Shown here piece by piece: positions 21,418 to 31,884 of a stretch of DNA of 64,000 bases. The position numbers were made by a program, and so were the translations under genes. A model generated the notes under the pieces. That model did not search any database and was not told where the DNA came from. It saw only the letters and a program-made list of their open reading frames with translations. Within the stretch, counting starts at the first letter, position 1; each line of letters starts with the position of its first letter. This DNA is from an uncultured Acidobacteriota bacterium. GTDB lineage: Bacteria > Acidobacteriota > Vicinamibacteria > Vicinamibacterales > Fen-181. The stretch is from positions 843,211 through 907,210 of the forward strand of contig CAVZMW010000006.1 in NCBI GenBank assembly GCA_963776495.1, read 5' to 3'.

Positions 21418-22104
21418 CTACTGCCGGCACGCCTCGATGAACCCCTCGAAGAGCGGCCGGAACTCGCCGGTCCGCCAGAAGTTCTCCGGGTGCCACTGCA
21501 CGCCGAGGCAGAAGGTGGCGTTGGGGCACTCGATCGCCTCGATGACGCCGTCGGGCGCCGTCGCGGTGACCTCGAACCCCGCGGCGAGCTGCTTGATCGC
21601 CTGGTGATGCCGGCTGTTGACCGAGCAGGTGTCGGCGTCCACCATCTTCTCCTGCATCAGCGTCCAGAGCCGGCTGCCCTTGCTGATCCAGACCTCGTGC
21701 GCGATGGCGAAGGGAGGCGACGCCACGTTGTGCGGCAGGATGCCGGCCGCCTGCGACTCGAGGTCCTGCACGAGGGTGCCGCCGAAGGCGACGTTCATCA
21801 CCTGGACTCCCCGGCAGATGCCGAAGATCGGCAGCCGCGCCTCCCGCGCCGCGCGCAGGAGGGCGAACTCGAAGACGTCGCGCTCCGGCTCGATCGCCGT
21901 GACCGTCGCGTGCCGCTCCTCGCCGTACAGGATCGGGTCGATGTCGACGCCCCCGGTCAACAGCAGCCCGTGCACCTCGCCGACGATCGCCGACGGCTGG
22001 TCCTGCTTCGGGTCGAGCACGCGCGGCTCGCCGCCCACGCGGCGGACCGATTCCACGTAATCGGGAAGACAGCGGCACGGGGCAACGCCGATGATCGGAG
22101 ACAT
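21418..22104 (-). CDS. Class I glutamine amidotransferase / gamma-glutamyl-GABA hydrolase-like (peptidase C26)
   Basis: Contains FGICRGVQVMN (nucleophile Cys) and NSRHHQAI. The internal ATG at 22104 (MSPIIGVAP) is used. Confidence 0.85.
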   Translation of the reverse strand: MSPIIGVAPCRCLPDYVESVRRVGGEPRVLDPKQDQPSAIVGEVHGLLLTGGVDIDPILYGEERHATVTAIEPERDVFEFALLRAAREARLPIFGICRGVQVMNVAFGGTLVQDLESQAAGILPHNVASPPFAIAHEVWISKGSRLWTLMQEKMVDADTCSVNSRHHQAIKQLAAGFEVTATAPDGVIEAIECPNATFCLGVQWHPENFWRTGEFRPLFEGFIEACRQ

Positions 22105-22207
22105 ATGACCCCTCGAACTTCGAACCGGCCGGACCGCACGGTCGGCCGCCCGGCCGTGGGGGAGGGCCGGCCGGGCGAATCCCGCGCGGAGCGGGGATGC
22201 CACCCCG

Positions 22208-24220
22208 CTACATGCGGGGCGGGACCGGGATGCCCATCAGGCCGAGGGCTCCGGTCAGCTGGTTCCGGAAGTAGCTGACGGCCGCGGCGCGCCACCGGCG
22301 CGCGTCGTCGCGCGGCTCGTTCAGGATCGGGAACCGGTGATAGAACGCGTTGAACGTCTGCGCCAGGCCGAACGCGTACTTCGCGAGGACCGAGAACTCC
22401 AGCGTTCGGACCGCCTGTTCCGCCACTTCGTCGAGTCGCGCCGCTTCCAGTACGAGGGCCCAGAGGTCGTGCCCGCCGGATCCGCCGTCCAGTTCCTCTG
22501 TCGGCATGCCGCCGAGGGGGCTCAGGAATTCCGCTTCGCCAACTTCCTCCCGATCGTGGAGCTTCTGGAAGATGTTGTTCGCGCGGACGACAGCATACTG
22601 TAAATAGGGGCCGCTTTCACCTTCGAAATTGAGCGCCTCGTCGATGTCGAAGGCGATCACCTTGCCGCGCGAGAACCGGATCATGAAGTAGCGGACGGCG
22701 CCGACGGCGATCGCCTCCGCGATGCGCCGCGCGTCCTCGGGCGAGAAGTCGGGGTTGCGTTTCGCTACCTCTTCGCCCGCCTTCTTCGTCAGCACGTCCA
22801 GCAAGTCGTCGGCCTTGACGCCCAGGCCCTTGCGACCCGACACCTCGACGAACGGGCGAGCCGCGTCCTCGGCCGACAGCGTGTAGCCGAGCTGGCGGGC
22901 CGTGTTGTGCGTGAGCGCCACCATCTCGTAGGAGAAGTGGACCGACCGTTCCGCCTCGCCGGGATGGCCGATGGCGACGAGCGCCTGCTTCAGGAGTTTC
23001 TGCAGGTACGCCTGCCGGACGTCGATGACGTTGTACACGGCGCCCGCGCCGCCGAACGGCGGGTGCGCCGGCGTGCCGGGGACCTCCTCGCGGCAGGTCG
23101 CCCAGATCGGCGAGCCGTCCTCGCGGCGGTCGAAGACCCGGTAGTGGAAGTCCCGCCCGAGGACGCCGAACTTCCAGAACTGGTTCGCCATGTCCTTGCC
23201 GACGTAGGTGACGGTCCCGTTGGAGCGGACGATGACCTTCTCGCGGTCCTCGTTCTCGTCGGCGTCTTCCGCACCGGCGTCGGCCGTCCCGCCCTCCTCT
23301 TCGATCCGCATCACCCAGCACCCGGCGAGCCGCCCCTCGGTCTGCAGGAAGACGGCCCCCTTCTCCTTGAGGATCTCGAAGGCCCGCGCCCAGAAGTGCA
23401 GATGCAGGATGTCGCCCTCCCAGGAGAGCAGGTCGTAGTCGACGTTCATCCGCGCCATGGTCTTCAGGTGGCAGCGGACGATGCGGTCGGCGATGAAGGC
23501 GGCCATCTCGGCCGTCTCGTTGCCGCCGCGCTCGATGGCGTGCAGCGTCGCGAGCCGCGTCGCGAGCCGCGCCTTGTCTTCCGCGTACCAGTCGGCGACG
23601 CGGGCGTAGAGGTCCCAGCAGTAGAAATCGAACCGCGCGCTGTCGGCGATGGCGCGGATGTCCGGGAGGTCCAGGTGCTCGAGCTCGCGGAACCCGACCA
23701 CCACGTCGGCCACCTGCACGCCGGTGTCGTCGATGTAGTTCTGCACCTCCACCGGGACGCCCCGGAATCGGAGGGCGCGGACGAGCGTGTCGCCGAGCGC
23801 CGAGTTCCGCAGGTGCCCGATGTGGGCCGCCTTGTTCGGGTTGATCGCCGTGTGCTCGACGATCGTCTTCGTCGCTCCCGGTGCCGGCCTGGGCGCCGCG
23901 CCGGCCGGTTCCGCGGCGAGCCGGTCGGTGAGGAACGCCTTCCGGTCGAGGAACAGGTTGAGGTAACCGCCGGTGGCCTGGACGCGCGAGACGCCCGGGA
24001 TCTCGCCGAGCGCGCCGGCGATCTCCTCGGCGATGAGCCGGGGCGCCATCCGCAGCCGCCGCGCCAGCTCGAAGGCCACCGGCAGCGCGAGGTCACCGAG
24101 CTCGCGCGTCGGCGGGTAGTCGATCACGACGGCGGGCCGCTCGCCGTCGGCGAATCCGTAGTGGCGTGCCAGCGTGGCCGTGATCCGTTCGCGAACGAGG
24201 TCGTGGACTGGGAGTATCAT
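22208..24220 (-). CDS. argS: Arginine--tRNA ligase (long form)
   Basis: NPNKAAHIGHLRN (HIGH), an Arg-tRNA synthetase N-terminal domain and a DALR-type C-terminus. Confidence 0.93.
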   Translation of the reverse strand: MILPVHDLVRERITATLARHYGFADGERPAVVIDYPPTRELGDLALPVAFELARRLRMAPRLIAEEIAGALGEIPGVSRVQATGGYLNLFLDRKAFLTDRLAAEPAGAAPRPAPGATKTIVEHTAINPNKAAHIGHLRNSALGDTLVRALRFRGVPVEVQNYIDDTGVQVADVVVGFRELEHLDLPDIRAIADSARFDFYCWDLYARVADWYAEDKARLATRLATLHAIERGGNETAEMAAFIADRIVRCHLKTMARMNVDYDLLSWEGDILHLHFWARAFEILKEKGAVFLQTEGRLAGCWVMRIEEEGGTADAGAEDADENEDREKVIVRSNGTVTYVGKDMANQFWKFGVLGRDFHYRVFDRREDGSPIWATCREEVPGTPAHPPFGGAGAVYNVIDVRQAYLQKLLKQALVAIGHPGEAERSVHFSYEMVALTHNTARQLGYTLSAEDAARPFVEVSGRKGLGVKADDLLDVLTKKAGEEVAKRNPDFSPEDARRIAEAIAVGAVRYFMIRFSRGKVIAFDIDEALNFEGESGPYLQYAVVRANNIFQKLHDREEVGEAEFLSPLGGMPTEELDGGSGGHDLWALVLEAARLDEVAEQAVRTLEFSVLAKYAFGLAQTFNAFYHRFPILNEPRDDARRWRAAAVSYFRNQLTGALGLMGIPVPPRM

Positions 24221-24289
24221 CGCTCGATTGTCGTGGCTCGGTTGTCGCAGCTGGTTCGCCGCCCCGTGCGCGTGCCATAATCGTGGCTG

Positions 24290-24898
24290 TCAGCGGCGGG
24301 TGCGCCTGTCGGGGCGTGCGGCAAAACGGACGGCCTGGCCCAAATCGCCCGGCGTGTTGACGTTGAAAAACGAGTGTCCGGTCGGATCGAGCGACGCGAG
24401 GTCGTCCGGCCCCACTTCCCGGACACGGACGGCCGCCAGCAGATCCTGGACCTTCAAGTGACCCGATTCGATGTGTCGGCGGACCCGGTATCGCAGGCGC
24501 CGCGCGTAGACCGCGCAGAGCGGCTGCACGCCGTCGGCGGTTCGCGGCACCACCGCGTCGGCTGTCCCGTCGGCCAGCGCCGCCAGCCGCTCCAGCACGC
24601 GCGCGCTCACGAACGGCAGATCGCACGCGATGACGAGCACGTAGGGCGTCGCCGCTTCACACAGCGCCGTGTACAGGCCGCCCAGCGCGCCGGCACGAGG
24701 CACCCGGTCGGGGACGACCCGCACCGGCCGTGCGGCAACGCGATCCGGCCCGCCGCCGATCACGACGATCCGGTCCGCCAGGCCCTCGAGCGCCGCCAGT
24801 TGCCGCTCGAAGATCGACACCGAGCCGATTTCGAGCGCGCTCTTGTCGACGCCGCCGAACCGGCGCGCGCGTCCACCTGCGAGAATGGCGACGTCCAC
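24290..24898 (-). CDS. mobA: Molybdenum cofactor guanylyltransferase
   Basis: VAILAGGRARRFGG.DK and IACDLPF motifs. GTG start. Confidence 0.85.
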   Translation of the reverse strand: MDVAILAGGRARRFGGVDKSALEIGSVSIFERQLAALEGLADRIVVIGGGPDRVAARPVRVVPDRVPRAGALGGLYTALCEAATPYVLVIACDLPFVSARVLERLAALADGTADAVVPRTADGVQPLCAVYARRLRYRVRRHIESGHLKVQDLLAAVRVREVGPDDLASLDPTGHSFFNVNTPGDLGQAVRFAARPDRRTRR

Positions 24899-24921
24899 TG
24901 GCGTTTCTACCTTAGCAGAAA

Positions 24922-25530
24922 ATGAACGAACCGGGAATCGGACGAATCCTCGTTGCCAGCCTGCACCAGGGCATCAGCGACCTGCTGCCCGCGCGGCTCG
25001 AATTCTACGAGAACTGGCTGAACCCCGACGGCCTTCGCTACGGCACGATCGGCGTGGCGCCGGTCCTGGCCGTGCTCAGCTTCCTCCGGCAGGAGGGAGA
25101 GCCGTACCAGCAGGTGACGCGGCGGGCCGGCCAGTACGCCGCCGACTGGACCGTGGCCTCGCGGTCGCCGGTACGGCGCACCATGATCCAATCGATGCCG
25201 CTGTGGGTCCGATCCCGCTCGGTGCTGCGCCTGGCCAGGCGCGCCATCGCGGGGATGCACGCCGGACACCACGTTCGGCTGCGGGTCCGCCATGGCGAGG
25301 GCACGTTCGACGTCGAGGATTCGATCTTCTGCGGCGTGCGCGACCTCGTGCGCGAGCCGCTCTGCGCGTTCCACGCGGCCGCCGTCGCGCGGCTCCTCGA
25401 ATTGTACGCGGTGCCGGGCGAGGTCCGGCTCGATCACTGCCGTGCCGTCGGAGACCCGTCGTGCGTGATCACGGTCACCCTCCACTCCCCCCGCCCGTCG
25501 CGCGTGGCCAGCGTGACGTCGCCCGAATGA
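24922..25530 (+). CDS. Hypothetical protein with V4R-like C-terminal Cys pattern
   Basis: The C-terminus FCGVRDLVREPLCAFHAAAV...VRLDHCRAVGDPSCVITV resembles the 4-vinyl-reductase (V4R) small-molecule-binding domain pattern. Assignment is from motif memory only. Confidence 0.5.
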   Translation: MNEPGIGRILVASLHQGISDLLPARLEFYENWLNPDGLRYGTIGVAPVLAVLSFLRQEGEPYQQVTRRAGQYAADWTVASRSPVRRTMIQSMPLWVRSRSVLRLARRAIAGMHAGHHVRLRVRHGEGTFDVEDSIFCGVRDLVREPLCAFHAAAVARLLELYAVPGEVRLDHCRAVGDPSCVITVTLHSPRPSRVASVTSPE

Positions 25531-27155
25531 GACCCGGCCTGGCCTGCGCGGCGCTCGCCCTGTCCTGCCTGGCGATGGCGCCCGCGCCCGCCGCGGCCGG
25601 TGCGCCGCCGCCGGTCGCCGAGCGCCTGCTCGTCGTGCCGTTCGAGAACGTGCAGCGTGACGGGCACTTCTCGTGGATCTCCGAGGCGACGGCCATCCTG
25701 CTCGCCGGCGACCTGGACGCGCTCGGCGTGGGGACGATCTCGCGCGAGGAGCGGCTGAAGGCCTGCGAGCGGCTGCAGCTCCCGCCGTTCGCCGTCCTGA
25801 GCGAGGCGACGCTCATCCGGCTCGGCCAGGTCATGGGCGCCGCGCAGGTGGTCATCGGCAGTTTCGAGACGCAGGAAGGGCAGATCACCGTCAAGGCGCG
25901 CGCCATCAGGCTGGACAGCGGGCGGATGCGGGCGCCAGCCGTCGAGACCGGCCGGCTCTCGGACCTGTTCGGCGTGACCGAGCGCCTCGCGCGCCAGCTC
26001 CTGCCGCCGGGACTCTCCGAGGCGGGACGTATCGACGTCGAACACGGCAGCCTGCCGGTCTTCGAAACCTACGTGAAAGGGCTGATGGCCGCGACGCCCG
26101 CCGCCCAGGTCCGGCTGCTCGCGAGCTGCGTCAGGCTGGCGCCGGACTTCGCGCCGGCCCGGATCGCGCTCTGGCAGGTGTACACCGCGCAGGGGGACCA
26201 CGCGCGGGCCGCGGCGGCGGCGCTGGGGGTGCCGGCCGTGTCTCGCGCCCGCCGGCGGGCGCAGTTCCTCGCCGCGCTCTCCAGGATCCACCTGAAGCAG
26301 TACGACGAGGCCTTCCAGATCCTGAAGGCGCTCGCCGACGTGGCGCCCACGCCCGCGCTCTACAACAACCTCGGCGTCATCCAGCTCCGGCGGGGCGCGA
26401 CGCCGCAGACCGGGCGGGCCACCTATTACCTCACGAAGGCTGCCGAGGGCGACCCGCACGATCCCGATTACGCCTTCAACCTGGGCTACGCCTACTGGTT
26501 CGAGCGCGATCCGCCGGCGGCGGCCTTCTGGCTGGGCGAGGCCGTCCGGCGCAACCCGGCGGACGCCGAGGCGCACGCCGTCCTCGCGGCCGCGCTCCAC
26601 GCGAAGGGAGCCGAGGTCGAGGCCGAGCGCGAGCGAGACCTCGCCCGGCAGCTCTCGTCGGTCTTCGCCGAGTGGGAGCGGCGGCCCAACGCCGCGGCCG
26701 AGCCGGTTCCCCGCGGTCGGGAACGGGTGCGCGACGACCTCGACGCGCCGCGGCTCGGCCTGGTGGACACGACCCTCGCGCCGACCGAGCAGAAGGACCA
26801 GCAGGACCTGGCGGCCTATCATGCCGACCGCGGCCGGCGCCTGTTCGAGCAGCGGCAGGACGCCGAGGCGATCGACGAGTTGAAGCGCTCGCTGTACGCG
26901 TCGCCCTACCAGGCCGACGTCCACTTGCTGCTCGGCCGCATCTACCTGCAGACCGGTCGCCGGACCGAGGCGATCGAGGCCCTCAAGATCTCGCTGTGGA
27001 GCGCGGACTCCGCCGCCGTCCACGCCGTGCTCGGCCAGGCGTACCTCGCGGCCGGGGATCCCGCGCGGGCCCGCGCGGAGTTGCAGAAGGCGCAGCAGCG
27101 CGACCCGAACGACCCGGACGTGAAGGGCCTCGCCTCGGCGCTCGGTGTCCGGTGA
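25527..27155 (+). CDS. Exported TPR-repeat protein
   Basis: ATG at 25527 overlaps the upstream stop (ATGA). Signal peptide CLAMAPAPAAAG, then multiple TPR-like helices with the C-terminal repeats clearest (AHAVLAAALHAKG, GRIYLQTGRRTEAIEALK, GQAYLAAGDPARA). The upstream 286 codons of the track ORF are spurious. Confidence 0.75.
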   Translation: MRPGLACAALALSCLAMAPAPAAAGAPPPVAERLLVVPFENVQRDGHFSWISEATAILLAGDLDALGVGTISREERLKACERLQLPPFAVLSEATLIRLGQVMGAAQVVIGSFETQEGQITVKARAIRLDSGRMRAPAVETGRLSDLFGVTERLARQLLPPGLSEAGRIDVEHGSLPVFETYVKGLMAATPAAQVRLLASCVRLAPDFAPARIALWQVYTAQGDHARAAAAALGVPAVSRARRRAQFLAALSRIHLKQYDEAFQILKALADVAPTPALYNNLGVIQLRRGATPQTGRATYYLTKAAEGDPHDPDYAFNLGYAYWFERDPPAAAFWLGEAVRRNPADAEAHAVLAAALHAKGAEVEAERERDLARQLSSVFAEWERRPNAAAEPVPRGRERVRDDLDAPRLGLVDTTLAPTEQKDQQDLAAYHADRGRRLFEQRQDAEAIDELKRSLYASPYQADVHLLLGRIYLQTGRRTEAIEALKISLWSADSAAVHAVLGQAYLAAGDPARARAELQKAQQRDPNDPDVKGLASALGVR

Positions 27156-27195
27156 CGGGAAGACCGTCACGGTGAGCTATAATCCGCCCGGGTAG

Positions 27196-28560
27196 GTGAC
27201 CATGCTGCACCCGGCGCGCGCGAGCTTCGCCCGGCTTCACCCGAATCCGGGCTCCTTTCTCGTCGGCTTCGCGGTGCTGCTCGTGGCGCTGGCGGCAGGC
27301 CGGGCCTGGTCGCGCCCGCCGACGCCGCTGGTCTACTCGGCCGTCGTCGACGCCCTCATCCAGCCCGTGTCGGCCGAGTTCATGGTGGACGCCATGAATC
27401 GGGCCGATCGCGACGGCGCCGAGCTCCTCGTCATCACGCTTCGCACGCCGGGCGGCCTGCTCGATTCCACCCACGCGATCGTGACCCGCATGCTGGCCGC
27501 CAGGACGCCGGTGGCCGTGTGGGTGGGACCCTCTGGCGCTCGGGCCGCGTCGGCGGGCTTCCTCATCACGATCGCCGCCGATGTGGCCGCGATGGCCCCG
27601 GGTACGCACATCGGGGCGGCCCACCCGGTCGAGGGGAGCGGGCAGACGCTCGATCCGATCGAGGCGAAGAAGCTGGCCTCCGACCTGGCGGCGGCGGCCA
27701 GGAGCTGGGCGGCCGGACGCGGGCGCAACGTGCAGCTGGCAGACGAAGCGGTCCAGGAGAGCCGCTCGTTCACCGAGACCGAGGCCATCGGCGCGAACCC
27801 TCCGCTCATCGACCTGGTGGCGACCGACGTCCCCGACTTGCTGGCCAGGCTCGACGGCCGCACCATCCGGCGCTTCGACGGCCGCACCGTCGTCCTGCAC
27901 ACCGCCGGGGCGCGCGTCGTCCCGCTCGAGATGGACTGGCGGCAGAAGCTGCTGAGCGCGCTGGCGCATCCGAACATCGCCTACCTGCTGCTCACGCTCG
28001 GCACGCTCGGCCTGGTCGTCGAGTTGTGGCACCCCGGCGCCATCGTGCCCGGCGTGACCGGCGGCTTGTGCCTGCTGCTCGCGTTCTTCACCATGCAGGT
28101 GCTGCCGGTCAACTACGTCGGGGTCGCGCTGATCCTGTTCGGCGTCGGGCTCTTCGCCCTGGAAGTGAAGGTGCCAAGCCATGGCGCCCTGAGCGTCGGC
28201 GGGGTCCTCAGCCTGCTGTTCGGGTCGATGATGCTGATGGACACGCCGGCGCCGGAGATGAGGGTGAGCGTCGCCGTGATCCTGCCCGTCGTCTTCGGGC
28301 TCTCCGCCATCCTCTTCCTGCTCGTGCGGCTGGGCGTCGCGTCGCTCCGCCGGCAGCCCACGACGGGCGCCGCGGGGATGATCGGCGGGACGGCCAGGGT
28401 GATGAGCCCGATCGCCCCGGGCGCGCCGGGCCGCGTGGCCACGCACGGCGAGATCTGGACGGCGACGGCCGACGGGCCCGTGGCCGAGGGTGAAGAAGTG
28501 GTGGTCGTGGCCGTCGAGGGCTTGACGCTGCGCGTGAGCCGCAAGCGTTCCCCCTCGTGA
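27196..28560 (+). CDS. NfeD-family membrane-bound ClpP-class serine protease
   Basis: ClpP-like N-domain (GPSGARAASAGFLI), 4-5 TM helices, and a C-terminal NfeD OB domain (GRVATHGEIWTA). The start may be GTG 27196 or ATG 27202. Confidence 0.85.
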   Translation: MTMLHPARASFARLHPNPGSFLVGFAVLLVALAAGRAWSRPPTPLVYSAVVDALIQPVSAEFMVDAMNRADRDGAELLVITLRTPGGLLDSTHAIVTRMLAARTPVAVWVGPSGARAASAGFLITIAADVAAMAPGTHIGAAHPVEGSGQTLDPIEAKKLASDLAAAARSWAAGRGRNVQLADEAVQESRSFTETEAIGANPPLIDLVATDVPDLLARLDGRTIRRFDGRTVVLHTAGARVVPLEMDWRQKLLSALAHPNIAYLLLTLGTLGLVVELWHPGAIVPGVTGGLCLLLAFFTMQVLPVNYVGVALILFGVGLFALEVKVPSHGALSVGGVLSLLFGSMMLMDTPAPEMRVSVAVILPVVFGLSAILFLLVRLGVASLRRQPTTGAAGMIGGTARVMSPIAPGAPGRVATHGEIWTATADGPVAEGEEVVVVAVEGLTLRVSRKRSPS

Positions 28561-28673
28561 CGGGAGGTGGCCTGCGGCGTACGGCTTGAAGCCATCGCCC
28601 ACCCTTCGACTCGCTTCGCTCGCTCAGGGCAAGCTGCCTACTGCCTACTGTCAGCTCTTGAAAGGTGTCCCAC

Positions 28674-29468
28674 ATGGCTGAATACTCGATGGCTCCCTTC
28701 CTCGCCGCCTTCATCGTCGTGCTCTACCTGCTGGCCTCGATCAAGATCCTGACCGAGTACGAGCGGGGCGTGATCTTCAGGCTCGGCAAGCTGCTTCCGG
28801 CCCCGAAGGGCCCCGGCGTCATCTTCGTCTTCGCCCCCATCGACCGCATCGTCCGTGTGAGCCTCCGGACGATCGTCATGGACGTGCCGCCGCAGGACGT
28901 CATCACGCGCGACAACGTGTCGGTGAAGGTGAACGCCGTCGTCTACTTCCGCGTGATGGACCCGCGGCGCGCGATCGTCGAGGTGGAGAACTACCACTAC
29001 GCCACCTCGCAGCTGTCGCAGACGACGCTCCGGAGCGTGCTGGGGCAGTGCGAACTCGACGACCTGCTGTCGCAGCGCGACCGGCTCAACCAGCAACTCC
29101 AGAAGATCCTCGACGAGCACACCGAGTCGTGGGGGATCAAGGTGTCGGCCGTCGAGGTGAAGCACGTCGATCTGCCCGAGAACATGCAGCGGGCGATGGC
29201 GCGCCAGGCCGAAGCCGAGCGCGAGAAACGTGCTAAGATCATCCACGCCGCCGGCGAGCTGGAGGCGTCCGAGAAGCTTGCGCAGGCCGCCAAGGTCATC
29301 GCCGTCGAGCCCGTCACGATTACTCTTCGTTACCTTCAGACGCTCACCGAGATCGCGTCGGAGAAGAATTCGACCATCATCTTCCCGCTGCCGATCGAGA
29401 TGCTGAACCTGTTGGGCCATTGGTCCAACGGGGGAGGCGCCGCGGCGGGATCGCAGGACAAGAGGTAG
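28674..29468 (+). CDS. SPFH/band-7 stomatin-like protein (slipin)
   Basis: [12 protein letters not shown]...TRDNV...[25 protein letters not shown] matches the family. This is the canonical partner of NfeD. Confidence 0.9.
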   Translation: MAEYSMAPFLAAFIVVLYLLASIKILTEYERGVIFRLGKLLPAPKGPGVIFVFAPIDRIVRVSLRTIVMDVPPQDVITRDNVSVKVNAVVYFRVMDPRRAIVEVENYHYATSQLSQTTLRSVLGQCELDDLLSQRDRLNQQLQKILDEHTESWGIKVSAVEVKHVDLPENMQRAMARQAEAEREKRAKIIHAAGELEASEKLAQAAKVIAVEPVTITLRYLQTLTEIASEKNSTIIFPLPIEMLNLLGHWSNGGGAAAGSQDKR

Positions 29469-29477
29469 CAGCGCGTC

Positions 29478-30308
29478 ATGGCCGACGAGGGACTGCGCGA
29501 AATCCAGCTGAGGGGCAAGCACCTGGTCTCCTTGTTCATGCTCAGCGCGTTCTTGCTGGTGTCTACCTTTCTCTGCGGCGTGCTGGTCGGCCGGGGGGTT
29601 CGGTCCCAGAAGGAGGCCGCGGTGACGCCGGGCTCGGCGGCTTCCACCTCGGCGGCGGCCGAGGACCCGACCGCTCCGCCGGTGCCGCTGCAGCCGGTGG
29701 CGAAGACGCCCGTGCAGGCGCCTGCGCCCGCGGCGGCCACGCCGCCCCCGGTGCCCGAGGAGGAACTCAGCTATTACTCGCGCCTGGACGGAAAGCCGGC
29801 GGCTCCCGGGTCGGCGAAGCCCGCCGCGCGCGCCGCGCGCGAGGGGACCTCCGCCAAGCCGGTGGAACCCGCGCCGCGCCAGGCGGCCGCTCCCGTCGCG
29901 ACGCCGCCCGCGCCCAAGACCGCCACCCCGCCCGCCAGGACGGGCTCGCCGGCCCCGCCGCCGCAAAAGGCCGTGGCCCCGCCGGCGCCGAAGCCGACCG
30001 CGGCCGCCCCGCCGAGAACGGCTGGCGCGCCGGCGGCCAAGCCGGCGGCCGAGGCCGCCGGAGGATCCGACCCGCCGGGTCCCGGCTACGTGGTCAAGAT
30101 CGCCGCCTACCGCGACAAGGGGCAGTCCAGCGCGCTGGCCGCGCGGCTGGTCGCGAAGGGGTACGCCGCTTACGTGGTGACCGTCGCCGGCAAGGGCGCG
30201 CCGCTCTATAGCGTTCGCGTCGGCAAGTTCAAGGCGCGCGCGGACGCCGAGGCGGCCAAGCGACGTCTCGAGAAGGAAGAGCAGTTCAAGCCATTAATTA
30301 CGCGCTAG
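29478..30308 (+). CDS. SPOR-domain (peptidoglycan-binding) membrane-anchored protein
   Basis: One TM helix, a long Pro/Ala-rich linker, and a C-terminal SPOR-like fold (GYVVKIAAYRDKGQSSALAARL...YSVRVGKFKARADAEAA). Confidence 0.8.
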   Translation: MADEGLREIQLRGKHLVSLFMLSAFLLVSTFLCGVLVGRGVRSQKEAAVTPGSAASTSAAAEDPTAPPVPLQPVAKTPVQAPAPAAATPPPVPEEELSYYSRLDGKPAAPGSAKPAARAAREGTSAKPVEPAPRQAAAPVATPPAPKTATPPARTGSPAPPPQKAVAPPAPKPTAAAPPRTAGAPAAKPAAEAAGGSDPPGPGYVVKIAAYRDKGQSSALAARLVAKGYAAYVVTVAGKGAPLYSVRVGKFKARADAEAAKRRLEKEEQFKPLITR

Positions 30309-30313
30309 CCCTC

Positions 30314-31822
30314 TTGTCCGGCGTCCTGCTGGCGCTGAGCGTTCCCCGTTTCGGCCACCCGGCGGTCGCGTGGGTCGCCCTCTCGCCGCTCCTGGCCGGC
30401 CTGCTCGCACGGCGGCTGTCCCGATCCGCGAACGGCGCGGGGCCGCTCTGCCCGTTCCTGATGGGCCTGCTGACCGGCGTGACGGGCTTTGTCGGCAGCA
30501 TTTACTGGACCGGCTTGGTGGTGCGCCAATACGGCGATCTGCCGGCGCCCGTGGCCACGCTGCTGATGCTGGCGCTGGCCGCCTACCTGGCGCTGTACCC
30601 CGCGCTCTTCGCCGTGATCGTCGATCGGCTCGTCGGGCGCATCGGCGTCCGCGGCCTGTGCCTCGCCCCCGCGGTGTGGGTGACGACCGAGCTCGGCCGC
30701 GGCTACCTCTTCACCGGGTTCCCGTGGGAACTGCTCGGCTACAGCCAGGCGACCGTGCTGCCGGTCGCGCAGATCGCCAGCCTGATCGGCGTCTACGGCC
30801 TGTCGGCGCTGGTCGCGCTGGTCGGGACCGCGCTGGTGCTGCTCGTCTTCGACCGGACCTCCACGCGGTGGTGGATGGCGACCTTCTCGGTGGCGGCACT
30901 GGTCGCGTCGGTCGCGTGGGGCGGCGCGCGGATGCAAGAGAACGCGCTGACGCGCGAGGGGACGCCGATCAGGGTCGGCCTCATCCAGGGAAACGTGGCC
31001 CAGGACGAGAAGTGGGACAGCGCGCGCGCTTCGGACATCCTGCAGAGCTACCTCGACCTCAGCCGGCAGGCTGCCGGCCGCGGCGCGCGGTTCATCGTGT
31101 GGCCCGAGTCGGCGCTGCCGTTCTTCTTCGAGGACGATCCGCTCGCGGGCGACGCCGTCCGCAGGCTCGCGTTCGCGACGCACGCCTGGATCCTGTTCGG
31201 CAGCGACCAGGTCGAACGGGGCACGCCGACGCGCTATTACAACGCGGCGTTCCTGATGGATCCCGACGGCACGGTCGCGGCCGTCTACCGCAAGGTGCAC
31301 CTGGTGCCGTTCGGGGAGTACGTCCCGCTGAAGCGCCTGCTCTTCTTCGCGGCGCCGCTCGTCCAGGCCGTGTCGGACTTCTCGGAAGGGGACCGCATCG
31401 TGATGCTCCCGGTGGCGGGGCACCGGGCGAGCACCGCGATCTGCTACGAGGTGGTCTACCCGAACCTCGCCCGCGACGCGGTGCTGTCGGGCAGCGAGCT
31501 GCTGACGACGATCACCAACGACGCGTGGTTCGGGCGCTCGTCGGCGCCATGGCAGCACTTCGAGATGGCCTCGCTCCGGGCGATCGAGCAGGGGCGGTAC
31601 CTCGTGCGCGCGGCCAACACCGGCATCAGCGGCATCGTCGATCCCTACGGACGCGTCCTCGCGCGCACCCAGCTGTTCGATCGGCAGGTGGTCGTGGGCG
31701 ACGTCCGGTTCCTCACCGGGCTGACCGTCTACGGGCGGACGGGCGACGTCTTCGTCTACGCGTGCGCGCTGGCCACGCTGGCGGCGCTCCTGGCGACCTG
31801 GCGGAGGAAGGTGCGATACTAA
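30314..31822 (+). CDS. lnt: Apolipoprotein N-acyltransferase
   Basis: Multi-TM N-terminal half plus a CN-hydrolase domain (VWPE, LVPFGEY, ICYE). TTG start, so the exact start is uncertain. Confidence 0.9.
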   Translation: MSGVLLALSVPRFGHPAVAWVALSPLLAGLLARRLSRSANGAGPLCPFLMGLLTGVTGFVGSIYWTGLVVRQYGDLPAPVATLLMLALAAYLALYPALFAVIVDRLVGRIGVRGLCLAPAVWVTTELGRGYLFTGFPWELLGYSQATVLPVAQIASLIGVYGLSALVALVGTALVLLVFDRTSTRWWMATFSVAALVASVAWGGARMQENALTREGTPIRVGLIQGNVAQDEKWDSARASDILQSYLDLSRQAAGRGARFIVWPESALPFFFEDDPLAGDAVRRLAFATHAWILFGSDQVERGTPTRYYNAAFLMDPDGTVAAVYRKVHLVPFGEYVPLKRLLFFAAPLVQAVSDFSEGDRIVMLPVAGHRASTAICYEVVYPNLARDAVLSGSELLTTITNDAWFGRSSAPWQHFEMASLRAIEQGRYLVRAANTGISGIVDPYGRVLARTQLFDRQVVVGDVRFLTGLTVYGRTGDVFVYACALATLAALLATWRRKVRY

Positions 31823-31884
31823 GGGAACGGGCGCGGGCCTGAGTGATCGTGAACGGTTGAGGCCGAGTGGGCCGGAGGTGGCGC

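Noticed and set aside
24669-25526. N-terminal 286 codons of the 828-aa track ORF (24669-27155)
   Set aside because: This portion overlaps mobA (antisense) and the V4R-like gene (out of frame) and translates to Arg/Pro-rich sequence. The real TPR protein starts at ATG 25527 with a signal peptide and ATGA coupling.
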